Under the pieces are notes generated by a model. It was not told the DNA's origin. It searched no databases and saw only the letters and a program-made list of their open reading frames with translations. The position numbers were made by a program, and so were the translations under genes. Positions 1-10,397 of a DNA stretch of 64,000 bases are shown here, piece after piece (positions within the stretch are counted from its first letter, which is position 1; each line of letters opens with the position of its first letter). Source of the DNA: Terriglobia bacterium (GTDB lineage Bacteria > Acidobacteriota > Terriglobia > JAJPHL01 > JAPKYU01); assembly GCA_965206645.1 (NCBI GenBank), contig CBDBKE010000004.1, positions 2,016,001 through 2,080,000 of the forward strand, given 5' to 3'.

Positions 1-13
1 CAAGAACTTCGAG

Positions 14-538
14 ATGAGCCTCATCGGCTTCGACAAGGACAAGGAGAAGCACCTGATTGCGGCCAAGTCACCCTTTGAATTCAGCATGGTCAACGAACGC
101 ACCATCCTGCGCATTCTCAAGCTGATTGCCTGCGACAACGGCAAGATCGGCACCTATACCAAGCTGGTGGACGATCGCAACAAAACCGTCCACCCAAATG
201 GAAATATTTTCTTCAGCACTCAGGCCGCCTTGGACATAAAGATCACAGAGATCATGCGCGTCGTTAACGAGATTCAGGTCCACTCGAAACCCGTGATTGA
301 GCGCTGCTATCGCGAGTTCCTGCTCAGCAGCCACGATCACGAAGAACGCGAGTACCCGGACGCGAACGACCAAATCCGAGAAATTCTAATTCATGGAAAC
401 CACATGTCTCAAATGGACATCAAACTTTGCCTTGCGCACGATCTTTCTGATCTTTGCGAGCGTGGTAATTTCGCCCAGATTGAAGAACTTCACAATTGCT
501 TCCAGGCCCCCTATGGGATGGAAATTGAGCGCGGGTGA
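14..538 (+). CDS. Hypothetical protein, HEPN-like; probably 5'-partial
   Basis: Frame is open back to the window start; contains an R-X4-H motif (RNKTVH) of the HEPN type. Confidence 0.5.
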   Translation: MSLIGFDKDKEKHLIAAKSPFEFSMVNERTILRILKLIACDNGKIGTYTKLVDDRNKTVHPNGNIFFSTQAALDIKITEIMRVVNEIQVHSKPVIERCYREFLLSSHDHEEREYPDANDQIREILIHGNHMSQMDIKLCLAHDLSDLCERGNFAQIEELHNCFQAPYGMEIERG

Positions 539-621
539 TATACTTTTCATAGCGGTTCAATACGGGTAAAGGACACTATAACTGTCGGAGCAGTACTCTA
601 GCTAGCACGACGGAAACCAAT

Positions 622-2076
622 ATGGGAATACGCATCCAATCCCCTGAAATCGATGTGCCTAAGAACGATCCCTTCGAGAACGACCTCCTCGGGCGAAAAG
701 AGTCGGTAGAGGTCCTCACCCAACTCATTGGTTCGATCGAAGGTCCATGCGTCCTGGCGGTCGATGCCGCGTGGGGAACCGGCAAGACGACGTTCCTCAG
801 AATCTGGGAGCAGCACCTTCGCAACCAGGGGTTTCCTGTTGTCAAGTTCAATGCCTGGGAAACCGATTTTTCCGGGGATTCATTTGTCGCTCTCTCCACG
901 GAACTGACGGAAGGCCTCCACGAATACGCAGACGCACCTCTGGCGAAGGAAAAGATCGACGATACGAAGAAGGTAGCGAAGGAGGTTATGCGACTAGCCT
1001 TTACGGGTGCTATCCGTCACGCAAGCGGAGGCATCCTGGATGTCGATTCACTGACGAAGAATTACGCCGAGAACGGATTGTCCCAACACCAGGAGGCCCA
1101 GAAATCAATCAAGAAATTCCGGGAAACCCTGCAAAACATGGCGAAGGAATTGTCGAAGCAGAAGGGGCCCCCTCTCATCGTGATGATTGATGAGCTGGAC
1201 CGGTGCCGCCCTTCGTATGCTGTCGAACTTCTTGAGGTCGCCAAGCACCTGTTTTCAGTGGACCACATTGTTTTCGTGCTGGCTGTCAATCGTTCTGAAC
1301 TCGCGCATTCGATCAAGGCACTCTACGGCGCGGACTTTGACGCGCAGGGCTATCTTCGCCGATTCTTTGACTTGGACTTCCGGCTTCCCTACCCGGAGCG
1401 AGAGAGGTTTGTCAAAGCGATGCTCGGAGCGATCCAGATCGACCAGTATTTCCAACGGACCATTGATGAGAACGCCCGGTTCGACAAAGAAGATGAAGTC
1501 GTTAGAGATTGGCTGCTGTGCTTCTTTCGTTCGCCGGACCTCAGCCTTCGGCGGATTGCGCAAGCCATCCACCGTCTGGGGTTGGTGTTCGCGTCGTTGC
1601 GCAGCGATCAACGATCGTTCGCCATAACGGCCGTTGTGGCGCTCATCGTTCGGACAATCGACTCAGACCTCTACCACCAGTTCGTCCGCAATGAGGCCAC
1701 GGACCTCCAGGTCGTGGACAAGGTGTTTGGCTGCGACGGGATAAAAACTCTGCAACGGGAGCATGAAGGGTGCATGTTTGAGGTAATGATCATTCTGGCC
1801 GCTTGCGAGGCGTCAGGTTCTAGTTGGCAATCAAGCGACTCGCCTCTGTTGAAGCGGTACGCGAAGCTGGTTGAGGCCAAAAATAAAACCCCTGCGCCAC
1901 CAGAGCAAGATATAAATCACGCAGAGGCCGTTATCGGGCAGTTTCAGCGTTTGCGAAATTTAGGGCATGGGTCACCTGCCAGACGCTTTGGATTCAGACA
2001 GACAGTTCAGCGGCTTGAATTGCTGTCTTCTAGTCTCATTGACGAACGATCAAGAGAAACTTCGCATGATTCTTGA
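622..2076 (+). CDS. KAP family P-loop NTPase
   Basis: N-terminal DLLGR, Walker A AAWGTGKT, FNAWE, Walker B MIDELDRC and YLRRFFD are KAP hallmarks. Confidence 0.9.
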   Translation: MGIRIQSPEIDVPKNDPFENDLLGRKESVEVLTQLIGSIEGPCVLAVDAAWGTGKTTFLRIWEQHLRNQGFPVVKFNAWETDFSGDSFVALSTELTEGLHEYADAPLAKEKIDDTKKVAKEVMRLAFTGAIRHASGGILDVDSLTKNYAENGLSQHQEAQKSIKKFRETLQNMAKELSKQKGPPLIVMIDELDRCRPSYAVELLEVAKHLFSVDHIVFVLAVNRSELAHSIKALYGADFDAQGYLRRFFDLDFRLPYPERERFVKAMLGAIQIDQYFQRTIDENARFDKEDEVVRDWLLCFFRSPDLSLRRIAQAIHRLGLVFASLRSDQRSFAITAVVALIVRTIDSDLYHQFVRNEATDLQVVDKVFGCDGIKTLQREHEGCMFEVMIILAACEASGSSWQSSDSPLLKRYAKLVEAKNKTPAPPEQDINHAEAVIGQFQRLRNLGHGSPARRFGFRQTVQRLELLSSSLIDERSRETSHDS

Positions 2077-2136
2077 GGTCTCCAGCCGCCGAGAGGTCGG
2101 GACTGCCCGGCCTTCCGGGGCGCAGTGAAGGCCCCA

Positions 2137-2315
2137 GAAGCAGCCGGGCGTCTTCCACGAATTTCTCCCAACTCCTTCCTTTCGTCGCTCTTACACGGTA
2201 TTGGGGCGTCTGCATTCGCTCGCAACGCCTACGGCTAGCCCGCTTGATGGGCGAGTTTTCTGACGGTTTCTTGACGGTAGTTGCTGTCACGGCCATGCTC
2301 TACTGGCTGTGCAGC
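2137..2315 (+). repeat. Repeat A copy 1, putative att end of an integrative element
   Basis: GGCGTCTTCCAC...GAGTTTTCTGACGGTTTCTTGACGGT...CTACTGGCTGTGCAGC; homology with copy 2 continues to about 2448. Confidence 0.85.
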
Positions 2316-2497
2316 TTGTTGTCGAGTGCGATCCAGTCGTTGCGATACCAGCGCTTGATGGCCTCCACCTGCTCCCGCAGCTCGCTCCCCGTTCTTCCTT
2401 CGATCCACTCCATCTCGGTTGGGATCCCGAGTTGGACGAGCTGGTCCTGAAGTGCCGCATCGAGCCGGCAGGCCGCTCTGTCTTCACCGGGAGCCAC
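2300..2497 (-). pseudogene. 3' remnant of the element's terminal gene (...AIKRWYRNDWIALDNKLHSQ*)
   Basis: A homologous C-terminus abuts repeat A copies 2, 4 and 5, with internal stops or deletions. Confidence 0.5.
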
Positions 2498-2690
2498 TTC
2501 CCAGCCCAGTCCTGGAGCTGTTCCTGATGCTAGACAAAGTTCTTGACGGCAATGAAGATCGGCTTGCAGCGTTCACCTTGGCGGCACTACATCACCCTCT
2601 TCGATCAGGTGGTGGTTCCTATATGGCCTACTGTGGTAAGCGAATTTCCTGTGGTTCTTGCCTTGGGGGCGTGGGAGAATAGGAGGAAGC

Positions 2691-2849
2691 ATGAGCGGCG
2701 AGCTAATCAGCGTCTTGATTGCGGTGCTGGCATGGGGAGTAGTCTTGGCCGGGGTGATCCTGACCATCAGGCGCGGCCTGCACCAGGACATACGGCAAGA
2801 TATGGCGCAGCTGAAAGCGCGGCTGGATAGGAGAATCAGTTTTTACTGA
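2691..2849 (+). CDS. Small membrane-anchored coiled-coil protein, possibly truncated
   Basis: RBS AGGAGG; hydrophobic N-terminus followed by QDIRQDMAQLKARL; a C-terminal fragment of similar style lies at about 42755-42900 (-). Confidence 0.5.
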   Translation: MSGELISVLIAVLAWGVVLAGVILTIRRGLHQDIRQDMAQLKARLDRRISFY

Positions 2850-2942
2850 ACAATCTGTTGAGAGTTCACAAACTAGCCGTCCATGCGTGGTTCGGTTTGG
2901 CTTGGAGACCGGTTTTGAAGGGGAAGTAGAGGCGATCCGAAA

Positions 2943-3236
2943 ATGGCATATCGGATCTCTCTAACGGAAAGTGCAAAGCAAGACCTCGGTCATTTCGACG
3001 TACACGACCAGCGCATCATTGTCGCGGGAATATTGACTCACCTGAGAGTGGATGCGGAGGTCAGTACGCGAAAGAAGAAGCCGCTTCAACCAAATTCGGT
3101 CTCCCCGTGGGAACTCCGGATTGATAGATTTCGTGTTTTCTACTCGGTCGGAGAAGACAACGAAGTGAAAGTTGTTGCCGTGGGCCACAAAGAACACAAT
3201 GTGCTGTTCATCCGAGGAGAGAAGGTTGAGCTATGA
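2943..3236 (+). CDS. RelE/ParE family toxin
   Basis: 97 aa; YRISLTESAKQDL...WELRIDRFRVFY...VVAVGHK pattern. Confidence 0.85.
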   Translation: MAYRISLTESAKQDLGHFDVHDQRIIVAGILTHLRVDAEVSTRKKKPLQPNSVSPWELRIDRFRVFYSVGEDNEVKVVAVGHKEHNVLFIRGEKVEL

Positions 3237-3487
3237 AAACCATAAACTTAGATAAGAAAGCCCCTTCGGTGGACGAGCTCCTCGCCATCGCTCGCCGTGA
3301 GGTTGTCTTGCTCATCTCACACGATGGCACTCGCTTCGTTTTGGAAGAGGCCGACGACTTCGAGCGCGAAGCGGCCCAACTCGGCAATAGTGAAAAGTTC
3401 ATGAAGTTTCTCGAGGAGCGTTCATGCGAAAAAAGCGTCACTTCAATTGGGCAGTTCGCTGACGAGCTCAATTCAACAGATGCATAA
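3233..3487 (+). CDS. Cognate antitoxin (toxin-first TA pair)
   Basis: 84 aa, acidic, 4-nt overlap (ATGA) with the toxin stop. Confidence 0.7.
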   Translation: MKTINLDKKAPSVDELLAIARREVVLLISHDGTRFVLEEADDFEREAAQLGNSEKFMKFLEERSCEKSVTSIGQFADELNSTDA

Positions 3488-3570
3488 CACGTGGCTGCAA
3501 GCGGGCGGCAGCCACGGTATTTGAGTTCTCTAGGTAGTGGCCGCCGCAAGCGAGCCACAATCCGTCCGGC
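3482..3570 (+). other. Degenerate attC-like site
   Basis: GCATAAC overlaps the stop codon; TGGCTGC...GCGGC.CCAC and GTGGCCGC...GAGCCA form a stem; ends in GTCCGGC, a degenerate GTTRRRY. Confidence 0.5.
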
Positions 3571-3659
3571 ACATTCAGCCGCATCATAGACCATCAAATC
3601 TTCTTGAGCTACGCGGCCCCTGACCAGGATCTGGTCGAGAACTTCGCTGACCCGACTGG

Positions 3660-4193
3660 ATGAAACTCATGTTCGCCATTGGCTACCACGTCGGCGCCCG
3701 GGCGGGCTCGATCCTTGCTACGACGTGGAAGCAGGTCGATTGGGAGAAGAAGGTCATCCGGCCGCCGGCCAATCAGCCGAAGAACAAGAAGGTCGGCTTC
3801 TGGCCCATCTACGGCAACCTCGAGAAGCGCTTGAGAGAGGCTGAGTTCTGTCACCAAGAGTACTGGCCGCATGTCCCGTGGGTTATCCACAAAAGCGGAC
3901 GGCCGCTCAAGGGCGCTGAGGACTACCGCCACTACTGGAGCAAGGCCGTGAAACTTGCCGGGCTCAATGGACTACTGTTTCACGACCTGCGCCGGACGGC
4001 GGCCCGGAATCTGTTGACTTCCGGCATCGAACCCATAACGGTCTGCCGAATTGTCGGGTGGGAAACCTCGGCCATGCTCCATCGCTATCGCATCGTCGAT
4101 GAGATTGACGTCGTCCGCGCGGGCGATAGGGCGGAAAAATACCTTCAGTCGCTGGATGCGAGCGCCGCCGATCTAGAGGAGCCGCTGCAATGA
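3660..4193 (+). pseudogene. Tyrosine integrase, catalytic-domain fragment
   Basis: GAR, K, HDLRR, VGW and RY motifs; N-terminal domains missing; followed by the direct repeat CATTTGGAC twice (4202-4222), like arm-type sites. Confidence 0.8.
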
Positions 4194-4222
4194 TCGACAA
4201 ACATTTGGACAAGCATTTGGAC

Positions 4223-4353
4223 GGTACTGTCAAGTTAAGCAGTTTGGCGGCATTCTCGCCGCCCGCCGCCACCGTTAAGTCATTGATTCTCGGTCTCTGA
4301 TCCAGCAGAATCCTTCCGCAAAACGGGCGGATTCTGCTCAACTTGACAGTACC
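4223..4353. mobile_element. 131-bp MITE copy 1
   Basis: Terminal inverted repeats GGTACTGTCAAGTT / AACTTGACAGTACC; near-identical copies at 49062 and 57393. Confidence 0.9.
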
Positions 4354-5370
4354 CCACTTGCTATCACCCGCTGCTTTTGTTCAATCGAGACGGCGACTGT
4401 CTGGCGGCCCAGCTCCGTCCGGGCAACGTGCACAGTGCCGAGGGTTGGGAGAAACTCCTGTTACCCGAGATTGAGCGCCAGCAAAGAATGGGAAAAGAGA
4501 TTGCGTTTCGGGCGGACGCGGCCTTTGCCAAGCCGGAGGTGTAGGAGGCATTGGAGGAACGGGGTGTGAAGTACGCAATTCGCATCCCGGCCAACGATAT
4601 TCTGCAGCGAGACATCGAAGAGCTACTGAAACGCCCCGTAGGAAGGCCCACCAAGAAACCGCTGGTCGAGTACAAGGGGTTCTTGTACCAGGCAGCCGGT
4701 TGGAAGACGGCTCGAAGGGTGGTGGCGAAAGTAGAGCATCATTCCGGGGAGTTGTTCCCGCGAGTGGGGTTCATTGTAACGAATCTGACGCTGCCGAATC
4801 GGGCGGTGGTGCGGTTCTATAACAAGCGCGGCACCGCGGAACAGTGGATCAAGGAAGGCAAGCAGGCGGTGAAGATGACGCGGCTCAGTTGCCACAAGTT
4901 CCGATCTAACGAGGTACGGCTTTGGCTGACGATCATCGCCTACAACCTGGGCAACCTGTGGCGACGGCTAGTGCTGCCACAGAGAATCGAGAAATGGTCC
5001 TTGACGAGCCTCCAGCAGCGGCTGGTGAAAACCGGAGGACGGCTCCTAAAACACGCACGGTACTACTGGCTCCTGCTGGCCGAGGGCCATTTGACCCGAC
5101 GGCTGTTTGCCAGCATGCTGGGGCGGATCGATGGATTGGCACTCCCGTCGGGATAGCCCGGGCTACGGCACACAAGAAAACGATGCCGCTATCCCCCAGG
5201 TATGGAGAGTTGTCTGAAAAAGCTGGGTTTGGATGCTGATTGGACGGTTTCAGGGGACCCCGAAAGGGACGCTCGGAGCTGATGGTCCTCTCGGAGAAAA
5301 CATTGTGCTCGCTGGGACGCAGATGCGTGTATATTTTCAATCGCCGCAAGGCCAAAAAGGAAATTCCGGT
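4354..5370 (+). mobile_element. IS1380-family remnant (transposase pseudogene)
   Basis: FRADAAF and YNKRGTAEQWIKEGK motifs; in-frame TAG at 4542; 5' part lost at the MITE; right end GGAAATTCCGG. Confidence 0.85.
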
Positions 5371-5909
5371 TCAATCATCTTCAGCGAGACGTTCTGGCTC
5401 GTCCAGAAGGTGTTGTAGACCACGATTCCTATGTCTGCGGCTTCTGCTGCCGCCACTGCGTATTCGTAAAAATCTTCCTCCGTGTGCATGTGGTAATAGG
5501 GCGGCGAAATCTGCACATACTCGGCACCGAGCCGTTCGACAGGGCGGACCAGTTCAACCAGCTCCCGAGTATTTGTTGTCTGCGCACCCATCACAACGGC
5601 AATCCTGCCATCCGTTTCCTCGATAATCGCCTCGGCCACTCGCAAGCTCTCATCGAAACTCATCACGGGAAAATCGCCCGCCGCCCCGACAGCGAGTATG
5701 ACGCCGGTGCTTTCATTAATGCCTCCATCAATCAGAAACCGGACATGCTGCCGGGTGGCCTCCAGGTCCACTGCCAGATCTTCGTCGCGGAACATGGTTG
5801 GAACCGTCACGTAGCACCCGGAAAGGCGATTTCGGGTCAAAGGTCCATCCGACGTATAAGACCATATGGAGTGACCGCTCGCTATCGTACCGTCGGAGTG
5901 CGTGAGCAC
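5371..5909 (-). pseudogene. DapA/dihydrodipicolinate synthase family, 3'-truncated by the IS1380 remnant
   Basis: GAAGDF, SPPYY and IVVYN motifs of the DapA family. Confidence 0.8.
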
Positions 5910-6244
5910 TCGACAAGGTGGCCGACGCCACCGAGATCGCGAGTTAACCCCTTGCGGTGTCAGAGCCGCAGACGAGCGTCTTGTCGGCGAGCAGCTTGCC
6001 CCCTCTTACCGGGGAACACGAGTGGATTGCCGCCGGCGCCGAGCGGGCAGGCCGCCTCGAGGACCTCCAGCGCGCGCCCACACAACGGCACGCGATGGTC
6101 GCGCTGCATCACCAAAGAGATATCAAGTAGTTGATTCTAATAGGCAGGTTGTGATGTGAACTCCCTCAATTCTCCCGACATCGCCACAGTGGTTCGGAGT
6201 AGGCTGGCGACGTCCAGAGGCAGGTGCGGGGTGTCAAATCGGGC

Positions 6245-6892
6245 ATGAAGAAACCGTCCCTCAGCTCTCACGGCACCGCACGCGTCCGCGCGCTCTTAGA
6301 CCACGCTGTCTGTCCCACGGCATTCCCCGTCGTACGCACGCGCTTCCTCGGCAACATCGCGACGCCCCGGCTTGACGCATCGCCCGTCCAGACGGTCACC
6401 AACTTGTGGGGAGGTCAGCTGCCGACGTTCGACACGGCTGCGGCGGCCAACGAACTGTTCGACGCGCTCATGGGCCTCTGGAACGATCTGGCAACCCATC
6501 AATCGGAAAGCACGCCGTTTCGGTTGACGCGAATAGCCACCCAGGCGGAGCCAGAGGACTTGCGACGTCTGTGCCAGATCCGTATCGACGAGCTGGAAGG
6601 CTTCATCGACGGCCTGTTCGGTGACGAGGAGGCCATCGAGCTCCCCGAACGAGCCCACGAGGCACTGGAGCATCTGAGGGAGATCAACGCCATGCTGCAC
6701 GGCATCGTCGAGCTCCTGGGCCGCCAGCCAGCACCGCCGGCGTCGGCAGACGACGTGGCGGGGACCCTCAGGAACGTGCGGGAACTCTCACGCATTGCGG
6801 AGCAGGAGTTGCACGCGGTTGTCCTGGTCTGCACGCGAGCCCGCCAACACCGGCTGGCGACGAGCGCGGTGACCAAGCCGACGATTCATTGA
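6245..6892 (+). CDS. Hypothetical protein
   Basis: 215-aa ORF with helical, acidic composition and coding-like codon usage. Confidence 0.65.
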   Translation: MKKPSLSSHGTARVRALLDHAVCPTAFPVVRTRFLGNIATPRLDASPVQTVTNLWGGQLPTFDTAAAANELFDALMGLWNDLATHQSESTPFRLTRIATQAEPEDLRRLCQIRIDELEGFIDGLFGDEEAIELPERAHEALEHLREINAMLHGIVELLGRQPAPPASADDVAGTLRNVRELSRIAEQELHAVVLVCTRARQHRLATSAVTKPTIH

Positions 6893-7063
6893 GTGCTCGG
6901 CGCGGTCGTGCGGGGAACGTCCTGTCAACGGGTGTAGACCCTGGAGGGTGGGCCAGTGGGACACCAGCCCACTGCTGAATGTTCGGTTCGCGCGGATGCA
7001 TCTCGTTCAGACGACGGAGAAACCGCGCGGCGGATGTCCCGCGCTGTCACCGATTACAAAGGG

Positions 7064-7444
7064 ATGAAAGCGATGATGCGAATCATACTAATCGGCGTGT
7101 CACTCGCGGTGCTCTCGGTTGGATGCCGACAGGACCCGTTGGCTGAGTTGCGAGAGGGGGCTCAGGGAATCGTGGACGACGCGCGAACGAGGGCCAACGA
7201 CGTGCGCGAGTTGTCGGCAGCAGAGCTCCAGGCTCTCTGGGCCATCGAATACACGTCACTCGAGGTGGCCCACGCTGATCTGGGAGACGTGGACGAACGG
7301 CTCAATGCGATGGGACGGGAGCGGTGGGAGTGCTATCACGTCAGTGAGCATGAGCAGGGACGGGTCTTCTACTTCAAGAGACGCACGTCGACCGCGGTCG
7401 CCTACCTGACCAATCTGCTGCGGGTCGGCGCGGTCGCGTTCTAG
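7064..7444 (+). CDS. Putative lipoprotein
   Basis: Signal peptide with lipobox LSVGC; C-terminal LNAMGRERWE...FYFKR resembles DUF4177-like domains. Confidence 0.7.
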   Translation: MKAMMRIILIGVSLAVLSVGCRQDPLAELREGAQGIVDDARTRANDVRELSAAELQALWAIEYTSLEVAHADLGDVDERLNAMGRERWECYHVSEHEQGRVFYFKRRTSTAVAYLTNLLRVGAVAF

Positions 7445-7515
7445 CGTGTGCAGCGTCAACGATGCGTGCCGGTGGGCGTCGACGGCGCGGTTCAGAGGAC
7501 GAGAGCCCCGGCGGG

Positions 7516-7905
7516 ATGTATCATGTCTCCATGACCAGCTTCCGGATGTCGGTGACGATGCTCGCGGTGATGCACGCGCTCTTCGCCGGCTTCACGGCCC
7601 TGGTGGGCGCATTCGCGAACGGTGGGGACATCTGGCAGTGGCTGCTGGTAGTCCTGCTGCATCCGCTTGGCGCCGCGGGTGTGCTGGTGCTCGTGTTGCG
7701 GCCCCGCCTCGTCACGACGACGATCCTCGCCCTCGCGGCACTCCTGACAGTGAACGTGGTCGCCGACCTGGGCCTTGCGCAGCTGATGGCTGCGGGCCGC
7801 GTGCGGGGCGATTGGGAGCTAGCGCTGGCTTTCTCAGTGGTTCCGGTCATCGGAGTGGTCTACGCGCTGGCGCTGCTGCGCACGGCCCGCGGAACGACCG
7901 GGTAA
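7516..7905 (+). CDS. Small membrane protein (about 4 TM helices)
   Basis: Four hydrophobic stretches. Confidence 0.65.
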   Translation: MYHVSMTSFRMSVTMLAVMHALFAGFTALVGAFANGGDIWQWLLVVLLHPLGAAGVLVLVLRPRLVTTTILALAALLTVNVVADLGLAQLMAAGRVRGDWELALAFSVVPVIGVVYALALLRTARGTTG

Positions 7906-8110
7906 GGCGCCTTCCGGAACTGGAGACGCGCTGGAGCCATGGGCACCAGCCGGGCTCGATAGGCCAGGGCGCCGGAACGCTCCTGCGCCGCGTCAGCGGG
8001 GCGGCGAATCGTCGGTTCCGTGCCGTCCGTTCAGATAGGCGGCCCACTCGTCCATCAGCTGGCGCCGGCGCGCGAACAGGTCGGAGAAGGACTCGATTCC
8101 ACAGGCGCTG

Positions 8111-8317
8111 TTGATCAAAGGTCACAACCCGCTGCGGCTGCTTCATTCCGCCCTCAGCGACGGATTGCATGACCGCGACGATGCCTACTGCCTCGAACAA
8201 GCGAGCAGTATTCGTGTTGTTCTTGCGGAACTGTCGGAGCGGCTGGCTCAAGCCCTCAAAGATGAGGCCGAATTAAATAGAGCGCTCTCGCATCTTCTAA
8301 ACCAAACAGATAGTTAA
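8111..8317 (+). pseudogene. C-terminal fragment of a hypothetical protein
   Basis: NPLRLLHSALSDGLH...; no convincing start codon. Confidence 0.45.
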
Positions 8318-8438
8318 CCTCGGCCTGCCATGGCGCGCGCCGGACTCCCGGCCGCGCGTGGTCCGCCTGAACGCGGCCGTCGATGCCCTCAACAGTCGCT
8401 ATTGACGCCCCCCTCATCGGCTACGGCCCGTGAAGGCG

Positions 8439-8745
8439 TGACGTGACCGGGGTTTTTTGTACCAGGTGAAATGAGAGAGAATTCACCTGAGAAGGAGCCC
8501 CGATCATGTCGACGAAGAGGTATAAGCCGGAGCAGGTTGTAAACCTCCTCTGGCAGATCGAAGTGGAGACTGCCAACGGGAAGACCACGCCGCAAGCCTG
8601 CCGGGATGCTCAGATCATGGTGCAGACGTACTATCGCTGGCGGAAGGAGTTTGGCGGGCTGAAGCTGGATCAGGCGAAACGGCTGAAGAAATTGGGGAAA
8701 GAGAACGCTCGCCTGAAGCGGTTGGTGGCGCAGTTGTCGCTGGAG
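8439..8745 (+). mobile_element. IS3-family left-end remnant (orfA only)
   Basis: IRL TGACGTGACCGG...TTTTTGTACCA; orfA from 8506 is homologous to 9481..9759. Confidence 0.8.
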
Positions 8746-8780
8746 ATAAAAGGTATTGTGAACGGCGGATTGGATGTTCA

Positions 8781-8960
8781 GGAAGCAGGCAGGCGTCTTC
8801 CACGGTTTTCTACCAACTCTTTCCTTTCGTTGCTCTTACACGGTTTTGGGGCGTCTGCTTTCGCTCGCAGCGCCTACGGCTAGCCCGCTTGATGGGCGAG
8901 TTTCCTGACGGTTTCTTTACGGTGGTTGCTGCCACCGCCATGCTCTACTGGCTGTGCAGC
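8781..8960 (+). repeat. Repeat A copy 2
   Basis: GGAAGCAGGCAGGCGTCTTCCACGG...; homology with copy 1 continues to about 9094. Confidence 0.85.
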
Positions 8961-9106
8961 TAGTTGTCGAACGCGATCCAGTCGTTGCAATACCAGCGCT
9001 TGATGGCCTCCACCTGCTCCCGCAGCTCGCTCCCCGTTCCTCCTCCGATCCACTCCGTCTAGGTTGGAATCTCGAGTTGGACGAGCCGGTCCTGGGCGCA
9101 TTCGCT

Positions 9107-9406
9107 ATGGAGAAGATGCTTCGGGTGGCATCCGACATCGTAGGATACGAGCCTGAAGCGGATACGCGCTACAGAACTGCTGGCCTGGCGGGAGAGTCGG
9201 AGGATATCGAGAGACTGGAATGGGTTTCCCGATGGCTGGGGCTCACGGAACCGGAAGCTGAAATCCTGTTCGATCTGAACAGGCCACCGTACACGCCTTC
9301 CGATATCACGGGGGAGCATCTGCTGGTGGTCCTGGAGGCGGTCCGCAAGGGTGAGCCAGTGGAACGGGATATCTGGGTCAGGAACGATCCGGCGCGGGAC
9401 CAGTAA
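9107..9406 (+). CDS. Hypothetical protein or fragment
   Basis: Acidic ORF with coding-like composition. Confidence 0.35.
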   Translation: MEKMLRVASDIVGYEPEADTRYRTAGLAGESEDIERLEWVSRWLGLTEPEAEILFDLNRPPYTPSDITGEHLLVVLEAVRKGEPVERDIWVRNDPARDQ

Positions 9407-10397
9407 AACACATTGACCTGACCGGCACTTTTTGTACCAAGTGAAAAGAGAGAGAATCCACTTGAGGAGGGAGTGAGGTCATGCCGACAAGGAGTTACAA
9501 GCCGGAGCAGATTGTAGCGGTGCTACGGCAGATAGAAGTGCAGATGGGGAACGGGAAGACTGCGCCCCAAGCCTGCAAAGAAGCTGGAATCCACACCCAA
9601 ACCTACTACCGGTGGCGGAAGGAATACGGCGGGCTGAAGGTGGTGCAGGCAAAACGGCTGAAGGAGTTGGAGAAGGAAAACACGCGGCTGAAGCGGTTGG
9701 TAGCGGAGCTTTCTCTGGAGAAGCAGGTGCTGCGGGATGTGGCACAGGGAAACTTCTGAGCCCTGAGCGGCGGCGTTGTGCGGTGGAGCGTGCGTGGGAG
9801 CAACACGGGTTGTCGGAACGGCATGCCTGCCGGCTGCTGGGGCAATGGCGAGGGACACAACGATACGAGCCGATTCATCGGGTGGACGAGGATGCTCTGA
9901 CCCGAGCGATCATTGCCCTGGGAGCGAAGTACGGGCGATATGGCTACCGGAGGATCACAGCGTTGCTGCGGAGTGCGGGCTGGGAAGTGGGCAAGGACCG
10001 GGTGCAGCGGATTTGGCGGCGGGAAGGGCTGAAAGTGCCGCAAAAACAAAGGCCGCGAGGACGGCTGTGGCTGAACGACGGTTCCTGTGTACGACTGAGG
10101 CCGGAGCGACCGAACCACGTGTGGAGCTACGACTTCATGAGTGCCAGAACGCACGAGGGGAGAACGCTGCGGCTGCTGACCTTGCTGGATGAGTACACGC
10201 GGGAATGCCTGGCGATCCGGGTGGAGCGGAGGATGGGCAGCCAACAAATCATTGAGGCGTTGTCGGACGTGATGTTGTGGCGAGGGATACCGGAACAGAT
10301 TCGATCCGACAATGGTCCCGAGTTCATCGCCAAACAACTGCGCCAGTGGTTGGCAAATCTAGGGACCGGGACACTGTACATCGAACCGGGCAGTCCC

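Noticed and set aside
2137-2315. Repeat A as a MITE, tRNA fragment or attC site
   Set aside because: It has no terminal inverted repeats, cloverleaf or RYYYAAC/GTTRRRY ends. One boundary is sharp and the other runs into a gene, which fits an element end. An ncRNA role is not excluded.
3660-4193. Integrase fragment as the integron integrase serving the attC-like sites
   Set aside because: It lacks the IntI-specific insertion and is followed by arm-type direct repeats typical of phage-like integrases.
8312-8390. GC-rich palindrome after 8317 as an attC site
   Set aside because: The boxes are too degenerate to distinguish it from an ordinary hairpin.
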